Shown one piece after another: positions 9,624 to 17,815 of a stretch of DNA of 64,000 bases. The notes beneath the pieces are model-generated. The model saw nothing but the letters and a program-made list of their open reading frames with translations, ran no database searches and had not been told where the DNA came from. Both the position numbers and the translations under genes were made by a program. The stretch is taken from the IMG/VR virus record IMGVR_UViG_3300045988_149625. One strand, written 5' to 3'. The DNA comes from a virus. Position 1 is the first letter of the stretch; every line of letters starts with the position of its first letter.

Positions 9624-9923
9624 TTATTTAAAACATACATCTTCGTAAACCATACCACCATTAAGAGGATTAATGGAGATAATTTTCACGTTTTTATTGT
9701 CTAGAAATTTTAAAAATTTATGTTGCAAACATTTGGCATCATTTAAACTAATAGGTGTAATGTTCATTGGAATAGGTTTGTCTACACCAGTTAAAGCAAT
9801 AAAAACAATATAGTTAAATGAACCTGTCGAACTAACTTTTTTATCAAGACGAATACTTGAAAATAACTTTAAGTTAAAATACCAAGATTTTCCACCTAAT
9901 TCAACCAATTCAATATATCTCAT
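9624..9923 (-). CDS. hypothetical protein
   Basis: 99 aa ORF immediately downstream of C5-MTase. Confidence 0.4.
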   Translation of the reverse strand: MRYIELVELGGKSWYFNLKLFSSIRLDKKVSSTGSFNYIVFIALTGVDKPIPMNITPISLNDAKCLQHKFLKFLDNKNVKIISINPLNGGMVYEDVCFK

Positions 9924-9933
9924 ATAAAACTCC

Positions 9934-11013
9934 TTAATTTAGATTACGCACTTGGAAAGCATCCCCAAGTTCAATAATATCTGGGTAGTTGTTCTTAGCA
10001 ACTTTAATTGCAAAGTTGTCTATTTCATACGCTAAATAATGTACATTTGTAAAGCCTAGCTTATCTAAACAGTATCTGCCTGTGGCAATGCCGTCGTATA
10101 AAGAAACAACTTGTAATTCTTCATTTCGTGGAACGTCTTTTAATAAATGTGATAATAAATGAATTATTACCTCAGCCGTCCAACCATTACCTAAACACTT
10201 ATATCTTTGTGAATTACTGATTCCTGCTGTAAAATTATCTGGCAGTGTCTGCAATCTTTCACACTCCACAGGAGTAAGTTTGCGAATTTCATAAATGCCA
10301 TTATCAAGTTTAACATCGTACCATTTATCTCTGATAAGCATTTGCCCATTTTGTACGATGTATCCTTTAGAGGACGGAATGGCATATAATCCTGTCTTTG
10401 CACCAATACCGCCACCGTTAGCGGTTAAATTTACACTCTTACCGTCAATGCTATAAACACGGTAAGCTTGCGAAGTAGAAATTGTTCCATCAGATTTTGG
10501 TAAATTTCCTATTCTAATTGCCACCATATTACGTTGTTTACGCTCTAAAGTATTCCAAGCAACGCAATTACCATAACGTGCTGTTAAACAGTAGGCTTTG
10601 TCATTACAAGTTAAATCAACGCCATTTTCCAAAATATCTCTGAGAACAATCCCTCTATCTTCTGGAATAGGTGCAATTCCATTCAACCAATAATAGCGTT
10701 TACGCATTTGCGCCGAAACAAGTGCGCTGTCAATAGGAATTGGCGAAGTTCTCAATTCATTTGAAATTTGCTCTTTAATTGCGGATGACATAGATTGATT
10801 ATTTTCATATAAGAAAAAGTCTGGTTTGAATTGTTCTTTTGCAATTAAAAAATTCTTAAATAATTCCCAACCTTGCCCCGCAGCTACAACCTCTCTGCCT
10901 TCACGCTTAGCAATGCTCCAATATGTACAGGGAGAAGCGCCTAGAAGTAATTTAATCATAAAATCTGTCCTTTCCGTATAACTTATGCCAATTTTCTCTA
11001 ATTGATTTTGCAA
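9934..11013 (-). CDS. DNA cytosine-5 methyltransferase with permuted motif order (IV,VI,VIII,TRD,IX,X then I,II,III)
   Basis: 359 aa; GASPCTYWS (PC motif) at residues ~25-33, LYENNQS (ENV-like), LTPVECERLQTLPDNF (IX), GNGWTAEV (X), then C-terminal VVSLYDGIATGRYCL (motif I FxGxG), YLAYEIDNFA (II), LGDAFQV (III) just before the stop. Confidence 0.8.
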   Translation of the reverse strand: MQNQLEKIGISYTERTDFMIKLLLGASPCTYWSIAKREGREVVAAGQGWELFKNFLIAKEQFKPDFFLYENNQSMSSAIKEQISNELRTSPIPIDSALVSAQMRKRYYWLNGIAPIPEDRGIVLRDILENGVDLTCNDKAYCLTARYGNCVAWNTLERKQRNMVAIRIGNLPKSDGTISTSQAYRVYSIDGKSVNLTANGGGIGAKTGLYAIPSSKGYIVQNGQMLIRDKWYDVKLDNGIYEIRKLTPVECERLQTLPDNFTAGISNSQRYKCLGNGWTAEVIIHLLSHLLKDVPRNEELQVVSLYDGIATGRYCLDKLGFTNVHYLAYEIDNFAIKVAKNNYPDIIELGDAFQVRNLN

Positions 11014-11024
11014 CTTCTGTAAGT

Positions 11025-11222
11025 ATGAACACTGTAACTATAGCTACTACTAAAATAAGTGACACTAGCACTACCATAAGCATCAGAACGAATGACTGCT
11101 CTAGTAAAGGTGTGCCAACTGTAATCATAGTAATAATCTCCTTTCTTTTAATAAGAGTATATCACATAGCTTTGTGGGTGTCAATAGTCTTTAAAGAAAA
11201 AAGTCCCCCAAAAGGGACTTAA
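11025..11222 (+). CDS. small hydrophobic ORF (doubtful)
   Basis: 65 aa, lone plus-strand ORF inside leftward block. Confidence 0.2.
   Translation: MNTVTIATTKISDTSTTISIRTNDCSSKGVPTVIIVIISFLLIRVYHIALWVSIVFKEKSPPKGT
11194..11219 (-). terminator. rho-independent terminator (AGTCCC-TTTTGG-GGGACT + T6) on minus strand; bidirectional hairpin
   Basis: read on minus strand: aagtcccttttgggggacttttttcttt. Confidence 0.5.
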
Positions 11223-11223
11223 A

Positions 11224-11484
11224 TTATTTTACGTGTGTTTTATTCACAGCATTTATCAAATCATTATCAAGTAAGAAATTTGCATTAGCGAAGCAGCTAC
11301 CAAGCTGTTCCAATACGCGAAATTCTGCAAGTAGTGTACTATAAGCATTTCCATCTGGGAAAGATTCATTCATTTCTAAAAGTTTTTGTACCTTTTTTAC
11401 CTGCGCTCCCCAAAGGTTTAAAACCTCATTTAAACTAATGCTTGCTTGTGATTTTTTCATACAATCCACCTTATTCATCCCCAT
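11224..11484 (-). CDS. hypothetical protein
   Basis: 86 aa ORF. Confidence 0.4.
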   Translation of the reverse strand: MGMNKVDCMKKSQASISLNEVLNLWGAQVKKVQKLLEMNESFPDGNAYSTLLAEFRVLEQLGSCFANANFLLDNDLINAVNKTHVK

Positions 11485-11671
11485 TTAAATAATCTCTCAA
11501 TTTTTTAAAGCTATCTTCTTCTGCACGTTTGTTTTTAAAAATACGGTTTTCCTTGCAATAAGCACAATCTCCGTGATTACGACAGGTTATATCTACGGCT
11601 TTTGCCCCATGAAAGGGCTTTCTATGTTCTTTTCCGTGTAAAATAGCTTTATCAAGACTCATTTTGCTCAC
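11471..11671 (-). CDS. hypothetical protein (CxxC-containing)
   Basis: 66 aa; CRNHGDCAYC. Confidence 0.35.
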   Translation of the reverse strand: MSKMSLDKAILHGKEHRKPFHGAKAVDITCRNHGDCAYCKENRIFKNKRAEEDSFKKLRDYLNGDE

Positions 11672-11891
11672 CTACACACTGTTCTACGTATTTATCAATC
11701 AAGCTCTTAATATATTCTTTATCAATTTTGCCTTTTGATATTTTAATAGCATCTGCACTTGCAAAAAGGGCGGTGTGCAAAAGTAAAGATATGTCACCTT
11801 CAAAAGATGTCATAAGACTTCCATCATCTGCAATTTCAACTTTATAGAAACTATTTTTTTGATGCTCTAGTTTTTTTAATGCAGTCCCCAT
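11652..11891 (-). CDS. hypothetical protein
   Basis: 79 aa ORF. Confidence 0.35.
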   Translation of the reverse strand: MGTALKKLEHQKNSFYKVEIADDGSLMTSFEGDISLLLHTALFASADAIKISKGKIDKEYIKSLIDKYVEQCVGEQNES

Positions 11892-12111
11892 CTATAAATT
11901 CCTCCGAACAAATTTCAAAGCGTTTTGCATCTACAATGTCAATAAGGTCTTTGTAGGAATAGCAGCTGTCCGTCCAAGTACCTACAAAGCGTTGTACATC
12001 CCCTGTTTTAGTAATTCTGTAAGGGCTATGTTCCCCTTTGATAAGAAACGTATCAGAGGCACTAATCCCCATTCCTTCAAGAATGAGCTTTACAATTTTA
12101 GGTTTTAGCAT
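11851..12111 (-). CDS. hypothetical protein
   Basis: 86 aa ORF. Confidence 0.35.
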   Translation of the reverse strand: MLKPKIVKLILEGMGISASDTFLIKGEHSPYRITKTGDVQRFVGTWTDSCYSYKDLIDIVDAKRFEICSEEFIDGDCIKKTRASKK

Positions 12112-12356
12112 AAGATTAAATCCTCTTTACTTAATTCTTGTTTAAGTGGTTCAGATATACGTTGAACCCACACATCATCTTTATCTTTTGGAGCGTCTAA
12201 AACGCGTACAACCTCTCCTACGACTAAGAAGTGATAATTACGAGGTTGTTTAACAATGCCTAAAGTATGCACTGGTTGAAAATAACGATATGTTATTCCC
12301 CAAGGATGTAGGTATCCCCACTTATTCTTTCCAAAATTCTTTCGTGAAAGTAACAT
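12105..12356 (-). CDS. hypothetical protein
   Basis: 83 aa ORF. Confidence 0.35.
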   Translation of the reverse strand: MLLSRKNFGKNKWGYLHPWGITYRYFQPVHTLGIVKQPRNYHFLVVGEVVRVLDAPKDKDDVWVQRISEPLKQELSKEDLILC

Positions 12357-12654
12357 TTTCTAAATCTCCCTCTTTTTCTCTAAGAAACTTTCCATACATA
12401 TAGTCCCACGTGGCTTTATGCTTTATAGAAACCTTTTTGTTTTCGTCCCAAACTATAACGTCCCCTTTCAATGCAGGTAAAACGCCGTTTACAGTGTTTA
12501 CGTATACTGCGCTTTTAACCTCTAGATAGAGGGGGTACTTTTCCCAAGATGTTTCAATCGCAGGTACTGCAACTAAAGTTGGTTCAAGAATTTGTAGCAC
12601 TGGAAAGCTTTGCGCTATTAAATTGGGCTTTAAATTTTCAGACATAAGAATCAC
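12322..12654 (-). CDS. hypothetical protein (first gene of leftward operon)
   Basis: 110 aa ORF, ~100 nt downstream of leftward consensus promoter. Confidence 0.45.
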   Translation of the reverse strand: MILMSENLKPNLIAQSFPVLQILEPTLVAVPAIETSWEKYPLYLEVKSAVYVNTVNGVLPALKGDVIVWDENKKVSIKHKATWDYMYGKFLREKEGDLENVTFTKEFWKE

Positions 12655-12760
12655 CTACTAAACCCCACAATAAAGGCTTACGATAAATTTTAAATGGGAA
12701 TTTAGCCTTTATTAATGGGATTTCAACACTTTTACACTTAATTTTTCACACGATAAATTT

Positions 12761-12789
12761 CCATAATCTTATTATACCACAGGTTTTTA
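12761..12789 (-). promoter_or_regulatory. sigma70-type promoter, leftward (TTGACA-17-TATAAT with TGn)
   Basis: minus-strand read: ggtattgacagatataaaaacctgtggtataat. Confidence 0.7.
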
Positions 12790-12974
12790 TATCTGTCAAT
12801 ACCCTTTACCAAAAATTTTTAAAATATTTTAGCATGAGATTTTCAAAAAGAAATCCTTGAAATTCTTACCAGGTACTTTTCCATTTTAAGACACATTTTT
12901 GTCACATAAAATGGTAAAATCCTTGAAACCCTTGTAAAATGGGGATTTATTTTGTCAAAAGTGTGAAATCCTTA

Positions 12975-13225
12975 AAGAAAAAAGAGAAAAAAGAAAGAAA
13001 AGAAAAGTAACCAAAAGAAAAGAAATAAAAAAGAGATTAAAAGAAACAAAATAATAAATCCTTTTCTAATTAATCTTTATAGATACTTTTAGTCTAAAAT
13101 TCCTTATATATATAATATAATAATATAATATAATAATTTTTATTTTTATTTTTGTTTTTCTTTTGTTTTCTTTTTCTCTTTTCTTTTTGGTTCTTTTTCT
13201 TTTCTCGTTTTCTTTTAAGGATTTT
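12975..13225. repeat. imperfect ~85 bp inverted repeat of polypurine (AAAG-rich) and polypyrimidine (CTTTT-rich) arms flanking an AT-only core (TATATATATAATATAATAATATAAT)
   Basis: left arm tccttaaagaaaaaagagaaaaaagaaagaaaag...; right arm is its approximate reverse complement ...cttttctcgttttcttttaagga. Confidence 0.7.
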
Positions 13226-13237
13226 TGCCTAGGGGTA

Positions 13238-13266
13238 TTGACAAAACTCAAAAAGTGTGGTATAAT
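13238..13266 (+). promoter_or_regulatory. sigma70-type promoter, rightward (TTGACA-17-TATAAT, TGn extended -10)
   Basis: ggtattgacaaaactcaaaaagtgtggtataat. Confidence 0.7.
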
Positions 13267-13304
13267 AGGATTACACGATAAATTTTCACGAAAACAAGCA
13301 AATC

Positions 13305-13649
13305 TTGGAGGGAACGATTTTGATAGATAAGCAATACACACGAGCAGAAATCGTCGATATGGAGCTTTACGAATTTTTTGATTTGATAGCAAAAGCAAGT
13401 ATAAGCCAAGTCCTTGTAATCAAGCAATCTCTTGAAAAAAGCAAGATAGAAACGCTGCATATAGCAGAGCAGTATAAGAAAAAGATGTTTGATTTTACAT
13501 CCGATTCTTTTGACGGTGCAAAATTTGATGAGTATTTCACTCATACCATTAGATGTTTTGCGTTGGCAATGTATATTGACAAGAAGATAACGCTTTGCAA
13601 GCGTCGCGAAGAGGATTTAACTCCCAAAGTTTTTAAAAAAGGCTCTTGA
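13305..13649 (+). CDS. hypothetical protein (first rightward gene)
   Basis: 114 aa ORF downstream of rightward promoter. Confidence 0.45.
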   Translation: MEGTILIDKQYTRAEIVDMELYEFFDLIAKASISQVLVIKQSLEKSKIETLHIAEQYKKKMFDFTSDSFDGAKFDEYFTHTIRCFALAMYIDKKITLCKRREEDLTPKVFKKGS

Positions 13650-13674
13650 CAATCCATAATATCTGTGCTAAAAT
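13646..13674 (+). promoter_or_regulatory. sigma70-type promoter (TTGACA-17-TAAAAT)
   Basis: ctcttgacaatccataatatctgtgctaaaat. Confidence 0.5.
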
Positions 13675-13686
13675 GTTTTTAAAAGA

Positions 13687-14013
13687 TTGGAGGTACAGAT
13701 AATGGACGAAGCAAAAGCAAGACTTTTGATACAGCGTATAGATGCTAGTATTGAAATGTTGAATCAAACTAAACAGGACATTCTTGATTTTCTAGGAAAT
13801 GATTCTTTAGCACAGATTAAAGAATTGGAGGAAAATGAAAAATATACTGTTGAGCCTACTTTTATTGGCGACGACGGCAAAGAGTATAAATGTGGTACAG
13901 CATATTTAAAAGCTAAGACATGGTACTGTTGCGGTTATCCGCTTCAAAAGGAGGTAAAAAATGGTAAGCAAGTATATCATTGTAGCAAGTGCGGCACTGA
14001 TTACAGCGCTTAA
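13687..14013 (+). CDS. hypothetical protein with C-terminal zinc ribbon
   Basis: 108 aa; CGYPLQ...CSKCG. Confidence 0.45.
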   Translation: MEVQIMDEAKARLLIQRIDASIEMLNQTKQDILDFLGNDSLAQIKELEENEKYTVEPTFIGDDGKEYKCGTAYLKAKTWYCCGYPLQKEVKNGKQVYHCSKCGTDYSA

Positions 14014-14479
14014 TTTTAATGTTATTTTTCCAGCTTATTATTTATATGACAGCCTTAGTTCACAAAATAATACCACAATAATTAAGCAGCCCACAATTAA
14101 GCAGACCACGCCTGTGATAGAGCCTTATCAAAAAGCTTCTGCGCATGAAGAAGAGATTGCAGGACTTCATTTTGTAGCTACTGCATATACAGCAGCAGAA
14201 GATGAATGTGGTAAGCCTATGGGGCATCCAGATTATGGTAGAACCGCTAGTGGTGAAATGGTGCGGCGTGGTATTGTAGCCGTAGATACTGATGTTATTC
14301 CAATGCACTCTTTGATTAGAATTGAGGGTGCAGGTGATTTAAGTGGTGTTTACGAGGTGAAAGATACAGGCGGTGCTATAAAAGGGAATAGAGTTGATAT
14401 TTATGTTCCGACTAAACATGAAGCATATAAATTCGGTAAACGAGATATTAAAGTTTTTATTTTAAGAGAGGGTAAGTAA
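13961..14479 (+). CDS. 3D-domain protein (MltA/YuiC-like cell-wall-binding/lytic domain) with N-terminal signal/TM
   Basis: 172 aa; conserved Asp-containing block GIVAVDTDVIPMHSLIRIEGAG...VKDTGGAIKGNRVDIY. Confidence 0.65.
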   Translation: MVSKYIIVASAALITALNFNVIFPAYYLYDSLSSQNNTTIIKQPTIKQTTPVIEPYQKASAHEEEIAGLHFVATAYTAAEDECGKPMGHPDYGRTASGEMVRRGIVAVDTDVIPMHSLIRIEGAGDLSGVYEVKDTGGAIKGNRVDIYVPTKHEAYKFGKRDIKVFILREGK

Positions 14480-14926
14480 TTGGGATACTTTTTTAACGAT
14501 TTATCTAAACGCAGTTTTCATAAAGTGGAAAATGATTCTAGTGGTAATGCAAGGCTGCCAGAGAGAAAGACAGCATTATCAGCAGGATATGACTTCTATC
14601 TAGCACAGGATATTACTATTGCACCTAGAAGCTTAGGAATGGCGCATAGCGGTATTGCTGTTGATATGTATGATACAGATGTTTTGATTATTACGCCTAG
14701 AAGCTCTACCTGCAAACGAGGTTTAATCTTAATGAACTCACCATCAATTATTGATGCAGATTATCACGGAGAGATTATGTTTCCCCTCTATAACTTAAAT
14801 GATTACCCTATTACGTTAAAAGCGGGTGAAAGAGTTACACAAGGAATTTTCCTAAAATACAATACTTTGGGTGACGTTGTAACGCAGCAACGTGTAGGTG
14901 GTTTCGGAAGTACAAAAAATTTTTAA
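14480..14926 (+). CDS. dut: dUTP diphosphatase
   Basis: 148 aa; dUTPase motifs AGYDF, PRSSTCKRG, IDADYHGEIM, RVGGFGSTKN. Confidence 0.9.
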   Translation: MGYFFNDLSKRSFHKVENDSSGNARLPERKTALSAGYDFYLAQDITIAPRSLGMAHSGIAVDMYDTDVLIITPRSSTCKRGLILMNSPSIIDADYHGEIMFPLYNLNDYPITLKAGERVTQGIFLKYNTLGDVVTQQRVGGFGSTKNF

Positions 14927-14934
14927 AAAAGGTA

Positions 14935-14963
14935 TTGACAAACAACAAGACTTGTGATATACT
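14935..14963 (+). promoter_or_regulatory. sigma70-type promoter ahead of tRNA island (TTGACA-17-TATACT)
   Basis: ggtattgacaaacaacaagacttgtgatatact. Confidence 0.6.
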
Positions 14964-15051
14964 ATAATTACAGCAAAGGTAGTACAGCAATGCAGATGAT
15001 ATGTTTGACTGTGAATGTTTGATTTATAGTTTTTGGCACTACCTTGTAAAT

Positions 15052-15123
15052 GCCTCGGTAGTTTAATTGGTAGAACGGTGGACTCCAAATCCATTGGTCT
15101 GGGTTCAAGTCCTAGCCGAGTGT
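15052..15123 (+). tRNA. tRNA-Trp (anticodon CCA)
   Basis: cloverleaf folded by hand; anticodon loop cuCCAaa; top two acceptor pairs mismatched. Confidence 0.55.
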
Positions 15124-15164
15124 GCCAATTTTAAATAATTTTTGTTTTAAAAGGAGAAATAATT

Positions 15165-15551
15165 ATGAGATTACGTTACATTGTAGACAAAGAACATGGC
15201 GTAGTAGTTTGTATTGGTGAGTGCGGTGAATTTGACCTTATGAAAGACCTCGGTATTCTTGATAAAGATTGTTCTAATATTGACGATATTCCTTTACAAG
15301 AACTGCTTGCATATTCTTTAAGCTCTTCATTTAAGGGCGTTGCAAAACTCGCAGATGGGGATGTTTGGGATGAGCAGCTTGGTAAAGATATTGCGCGTGA
15401 GAAATGCTTTGCAAAATATAATTCTGCAAAGAAACATAAAGTTGAGAAACTGATTGAGCAAGCTAAGTCAGTATTGGAAGTTTTAAATGCACATAAAGAA
15501 GCTTACGAAACTCTCGGTACTATCGAGAATTATTACAAAAGACTTAATTAA
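15165..15551 (+). CDS. hypothetical protein inside tRNA island
   Basis: 128 aa ORF with RBS-like aaaggagaaataatt. Confidence 0.5.
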   Translation: MRLRYIVDKEHGVVVCIGECGEFDLMKDLGILDKDCSNIDDIPLQELLAYSLSSSFKGVAKLADGDVWDEQLGKDIAREKCFAKYNSAKKHKVEKLIEQAKSVLEVLNAHKEAYETLGTIENYYKRLN

Positions 15552-15623
15552 TAGTGACTCCTAGATACTTACATTAATTACACATTGCTACAAAATATAC
15601 TCCTATAAGTATCTAGGGTATAT

Positions 15624-15701
15624 GCTCCCTTATCCCAATTCGGCAGAGGAAACTGTCTTAGAAACAGTTTAGTGTGGGTTCAAATCCCACAGGGAGTACC
15701 A
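15624..15701 (+). tRNA. tRNA with anticodon TAG (nominally Leu-CUA) but class I (short variable arm); identity uncertain
   Basis: acceptor gctccct/agggagt, perfect anticodon stem actgt/acagt with loop cuUAGaa, T-arm gtggg-ttcaaat-cccac, encoded CCA. Confidence 0.6.
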
Positions 15702-15708
15702 ATATTAT

Positions 15709-15798
15709 GGAGTGGTGGCAGAGTCTGGTTTATTGCACCTGTCTTGAAAACAGACGAACTGAGAAGTTCCGTGGGTTCAAATCCCACCCACTCCCCCA
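15709..15798 (+). tRNA. tRNA-Ser (anticodon TGA)
   Basis: acceptor ggagtgg/ccactcc, loop cuUGAaa, long variable arm, CCA encoded. Confidence 0.7.
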
Positions 15799-15946
15799 TG
15801 CTTACTAAGTTTATCAGCAGATGGTTACAGTTGGTTGTGTCTTAGTAAGCCTTGCCCAGCAAGAAGGGCATTGTAAAGAATATTTTTGCAGGGGTAGCAT
15901 CCTCTAATCAAAATGTAGAGGGACTGCCTAGGCTTTCCCTCAAAAT

Positions 15947-16033
15947 GGCTTACGTCGCCTAGAGGTCAATGGCAGGGGACTGTAAATCCCCCGCGTTTAC
16001 GCTGCGTGGGTTCAAATCCCACCTAAGCCACCA
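15947..16033 (+). tRNA. tRNA-Tyr (anticodon GTA)
   Basis: anticodon stem gggga/tcccc, loop cuGUAaa, long variable arm, T-arm gtggg-ttcaaat-cccac, CCA. Confidence 0.65.
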
Positions 16034-16169
16034 TAAGCTAAGTGCTCCCAAATCACATGGCTTAATATTCCTTAGTAGTGCGGGGAAAAGAACAGCATTA
16101 CAGTTTGACTTACTTACAAGTGTTTCTGTAAATAGGTAGTCTTTGCAGAGCACTACCTATTTTACACAT

Positions 16170-16263
16170 GGAAAGTTAAGCCTAATGGTAAGGCAGAAGT
16201 TTGCTAAACTTCCAGTAGTCACTTATTAGTGATGTATGGGTTCAAGTCCCATACTTTCCCCCA
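16170..16263 (+). tRNA. tRNA-Ser (anticodon GCT)
   Basis: acceptor ggaaagt/actttcc, loop uuGCUaa, long variable arm, CCA. Confidence 0.7.
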
Positions 16264-16281
16264 AAATTTTCAAATTTAGTA

Positions 16282-16310
16282 TTGACAAATTGGGAAATCC
16301 ATGATATACT
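16282..16310 (+). promoter_or_regulatory. sigma70-type promoter within tRNA island (TTGACA-17-TATACT)
   Basis: gtattgacaaattgggaaatccatgatatact. Confidence 0.55.
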
Positions 16311-16328
16311 AATTACAGTAAAGGAAAT

Positions 16329-16404
16329 GCTCTTTTCATCCAATAGGTAAGGATGCACGACTTATAATCGTGTCATAGAGGTTCAAGTCCCCTAGAGAGC
16401 ACCA
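16329..16404 (+). tRNA. tRNA-Ile (anticodon TAT, reads AUA)
   Basis: acceptor gctcttt/agagagc, D-stem atcc/ggat, anticodon stem cacga/tcgtg loop cuUAUaa, CCA. Confidence 0.7.
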
Positions 16405-16483
16405 TAAAAACTTTTGCTACGGAGTTTGAATAAGGTTTGTTTTTGTTAGCTCCTTTCTGTACCTTATTTTTCAAGTAGCCTAT

Positions 16484-16559
16484 GATGTGTTGGTCTAATG
16501 GTTAGGACAATAGCCTTTCAAGCTGTTAATGCAGAGTTCGATTCTCGCACATATCACCA
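16484..16559 (+). tRNA. tRNA-Glu (anticodon TTC)
   Basis: acceptor gatgtgt/acatatc, loop cuUUCaa, T-stem with one bulged A, CCA. Confidence 0.6.
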
Positions 16560-16614
16560 TGCTCAGTCGAGGGTTCGATTACCTCACTCCCTACTATTAA
16601 TCTTTAATTAAAGA

Positions 16615-16691
16615 GAGCTGTTAGCCAAGTTGGGGAAGGCATTGGTCTGCAAAACCAACATTCAAGGGTTCGATTCCCTTACAGCTCTCCA
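16615..16691 (+). tRNA. tRNA-Cys (anticodon GCA)
   Basis: acceptor gagctgt/acagctc, anticodon stem ttggt/accaa loop cuGCAaa, T-arm aaggg-ttcgatt-ccctt, CCA. Confidence 0.7.
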
Positions 16692-16775
16692 AATTGAGGT
16701 ATCTTCTAAAGGTAGGAAACAAGACTTTGACTCTTGGAATAGTGGTTCGAGTACATTTACCCCAGCCAGGTTTTA

Positions 16776-16852
16776 CGGCATATAGCGCAGTTTGGTAGCG
16801 CACCTGCCTTGGGAGCAGGGGGTCGCAGGTTAAAATCCTGCTATGCCGACCA
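16776..16852 (+). tRNA. tRNA-Pro (anticodon TGG)
   Basis: acceptor cggcata/tatgccg, D-stem gcgc/gcgc, anticodon stem cctgc/gcagg loop cuUGGga, CCA. Confidence 0.7.
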
Positions 16853-16989
16853 TAAGATGCTACAGCAAATTTGAACAAAAATGTTTATGGAAGAAAATAT
16901 TTTAATAGCATCTTGTTTTAAAGTGCCTCAGCAATCTTTTTAAGAACAACATTTCGGAAAACATGTAACTATTAAGGCACTTTGTAAAT

Positions 16990-17060
16990 GCGGGTGTAGT
17001 TTAGTGGTAAAATTACAGCCTTCCAAGCTGATGTTGTGAGTTCGATTCTCATCGCCCGCT
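16990..17060 (+). tRNA. tRNA-Gly (anticodon TCC), CCA not encoded
   Basis: close resemblance to Bacillus-type tRNA-Gly(TCC) (gcgggtgtagtttagtggtaaaa...ccttccaagctgatg...gagttcgattctcatcgcccgct). Confidence 0.75.
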
Positions 17061-17118
17061 CGCCTTGCTAAGTAAGCAACCTTCTCGTGGTGCAAGGTGT
17101 TTTAAACTAATAGCTTAC
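17059..17118 (+). repeat. 60 bp direct repeat copy 1 (ctcgccttgctaagtaagcaaccttctcgtggtgcaaggtgttttaaactaatagcttac)
   Basis: identical copy at 18480-18539; each starts at the 3' end of a tRNA (Gly, Thr). Confidence 0.9.
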
Positions 17119-17179
17119 GTAAACTAAGGAATTAGGGGATAACAACACCTCCCCTTAACAATAGTTAAGGAGGGATTTT

Positions 17180-17815
17180 ATGGCATTTATTTATAAAATT
17201 ACTAATGATATAAATGCTAAGGTGTATATTGGTAAAACTTTAGGTAGTATCAAGAAAAGGTGGAAAGAGCATTTAAAAGACTGTAAGAAGAGGAAAAATG
17301 AAAAACGACCTCTCTACGCTGCTATGAGAAAATATGGCACAGAGCATTTTAAGATTGCCTTAATAGAAGAGTGTCCTGAAGATATTGTTTCTGATAGGGA
17401 AATTTATTGGATTGAATACTTTGGTTCTTTCAAAAGTGGTTATAATGCTACAACAGGTGGGGATGGGAAGTCTTACTTAGACCGCAACATTGTAGGCGTA
17501 TTTTGGATATTTAATAAAAACATACATGAGATACAACAGCTTACAGGTTACTCCTCCTCTACAATTAGAAATGCACTACACCAATTTGGTATAGACCCCT
17601 TTTATATTAAAAAGAGGGGTAGCGAGGGTACTTATAAATCTGTTAGTATGCTCACAAAAGATGGTAAGTTTATTAGGAGCTTCCATTCTATTACCGAAGC
17701 TAATGCTTATATTGAATCTATTTATCATTGTAAAATTAATGGTGGAGGGCATATACCTTGCGTTTGCTCTGGAAAAAGAGTAACAGCTTATGGTTATAAA
17801 TGGGTATATAATTAA
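17180..17815 (+). CDS. GIY-YIG homing endonuclease (SegB/I-TevI-like) with C-terminal HTH
   Basis: 211 aa; FIYKITN...KVYIGKT (GIY...YIG), R/E/N catalytic block KKRWKEH...EIYWIEYF...YNATTGGDG; embedded in tRNA cluster. Confidence 0.85.
   Translation: MAFIYKITNDINAKVYIGKTLGSIKKRWKEHLKDCKKRKNEKRPLYAAMRKYGTEHFKIALIEECPEDIVSDREIYWIEYFGSFKSGYNATTGGDGKSYLDRNIVGVFWIFNKNIHEIQQLTGYSSSTIRNALHQFGIDPFYIKKRGSEGTYKSVSMLTKDGKFIRSFHSITEANAYIESIYHCKINGGGHIPCVCSGKRVTAYGYKWVYN

Noticed and set aside
13066-13544. Two minus-strand ORFs (13066-13398, 13248-13544) in the ORF track
   Set aside because: They run through the polypurine/polypyrimidine palindrome and the rightward promoter, translate to low-complexity K/I/Y repeats, and overlap a better-supported plus-strand gene; treated as non-coding.
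15959-16878. Minus-strand ORFs 15959-16153 and 16621-16878
   Set aside because: Both lie antisense across well-folded tRNA genes (Tyr; Cys/Pro); spurious.
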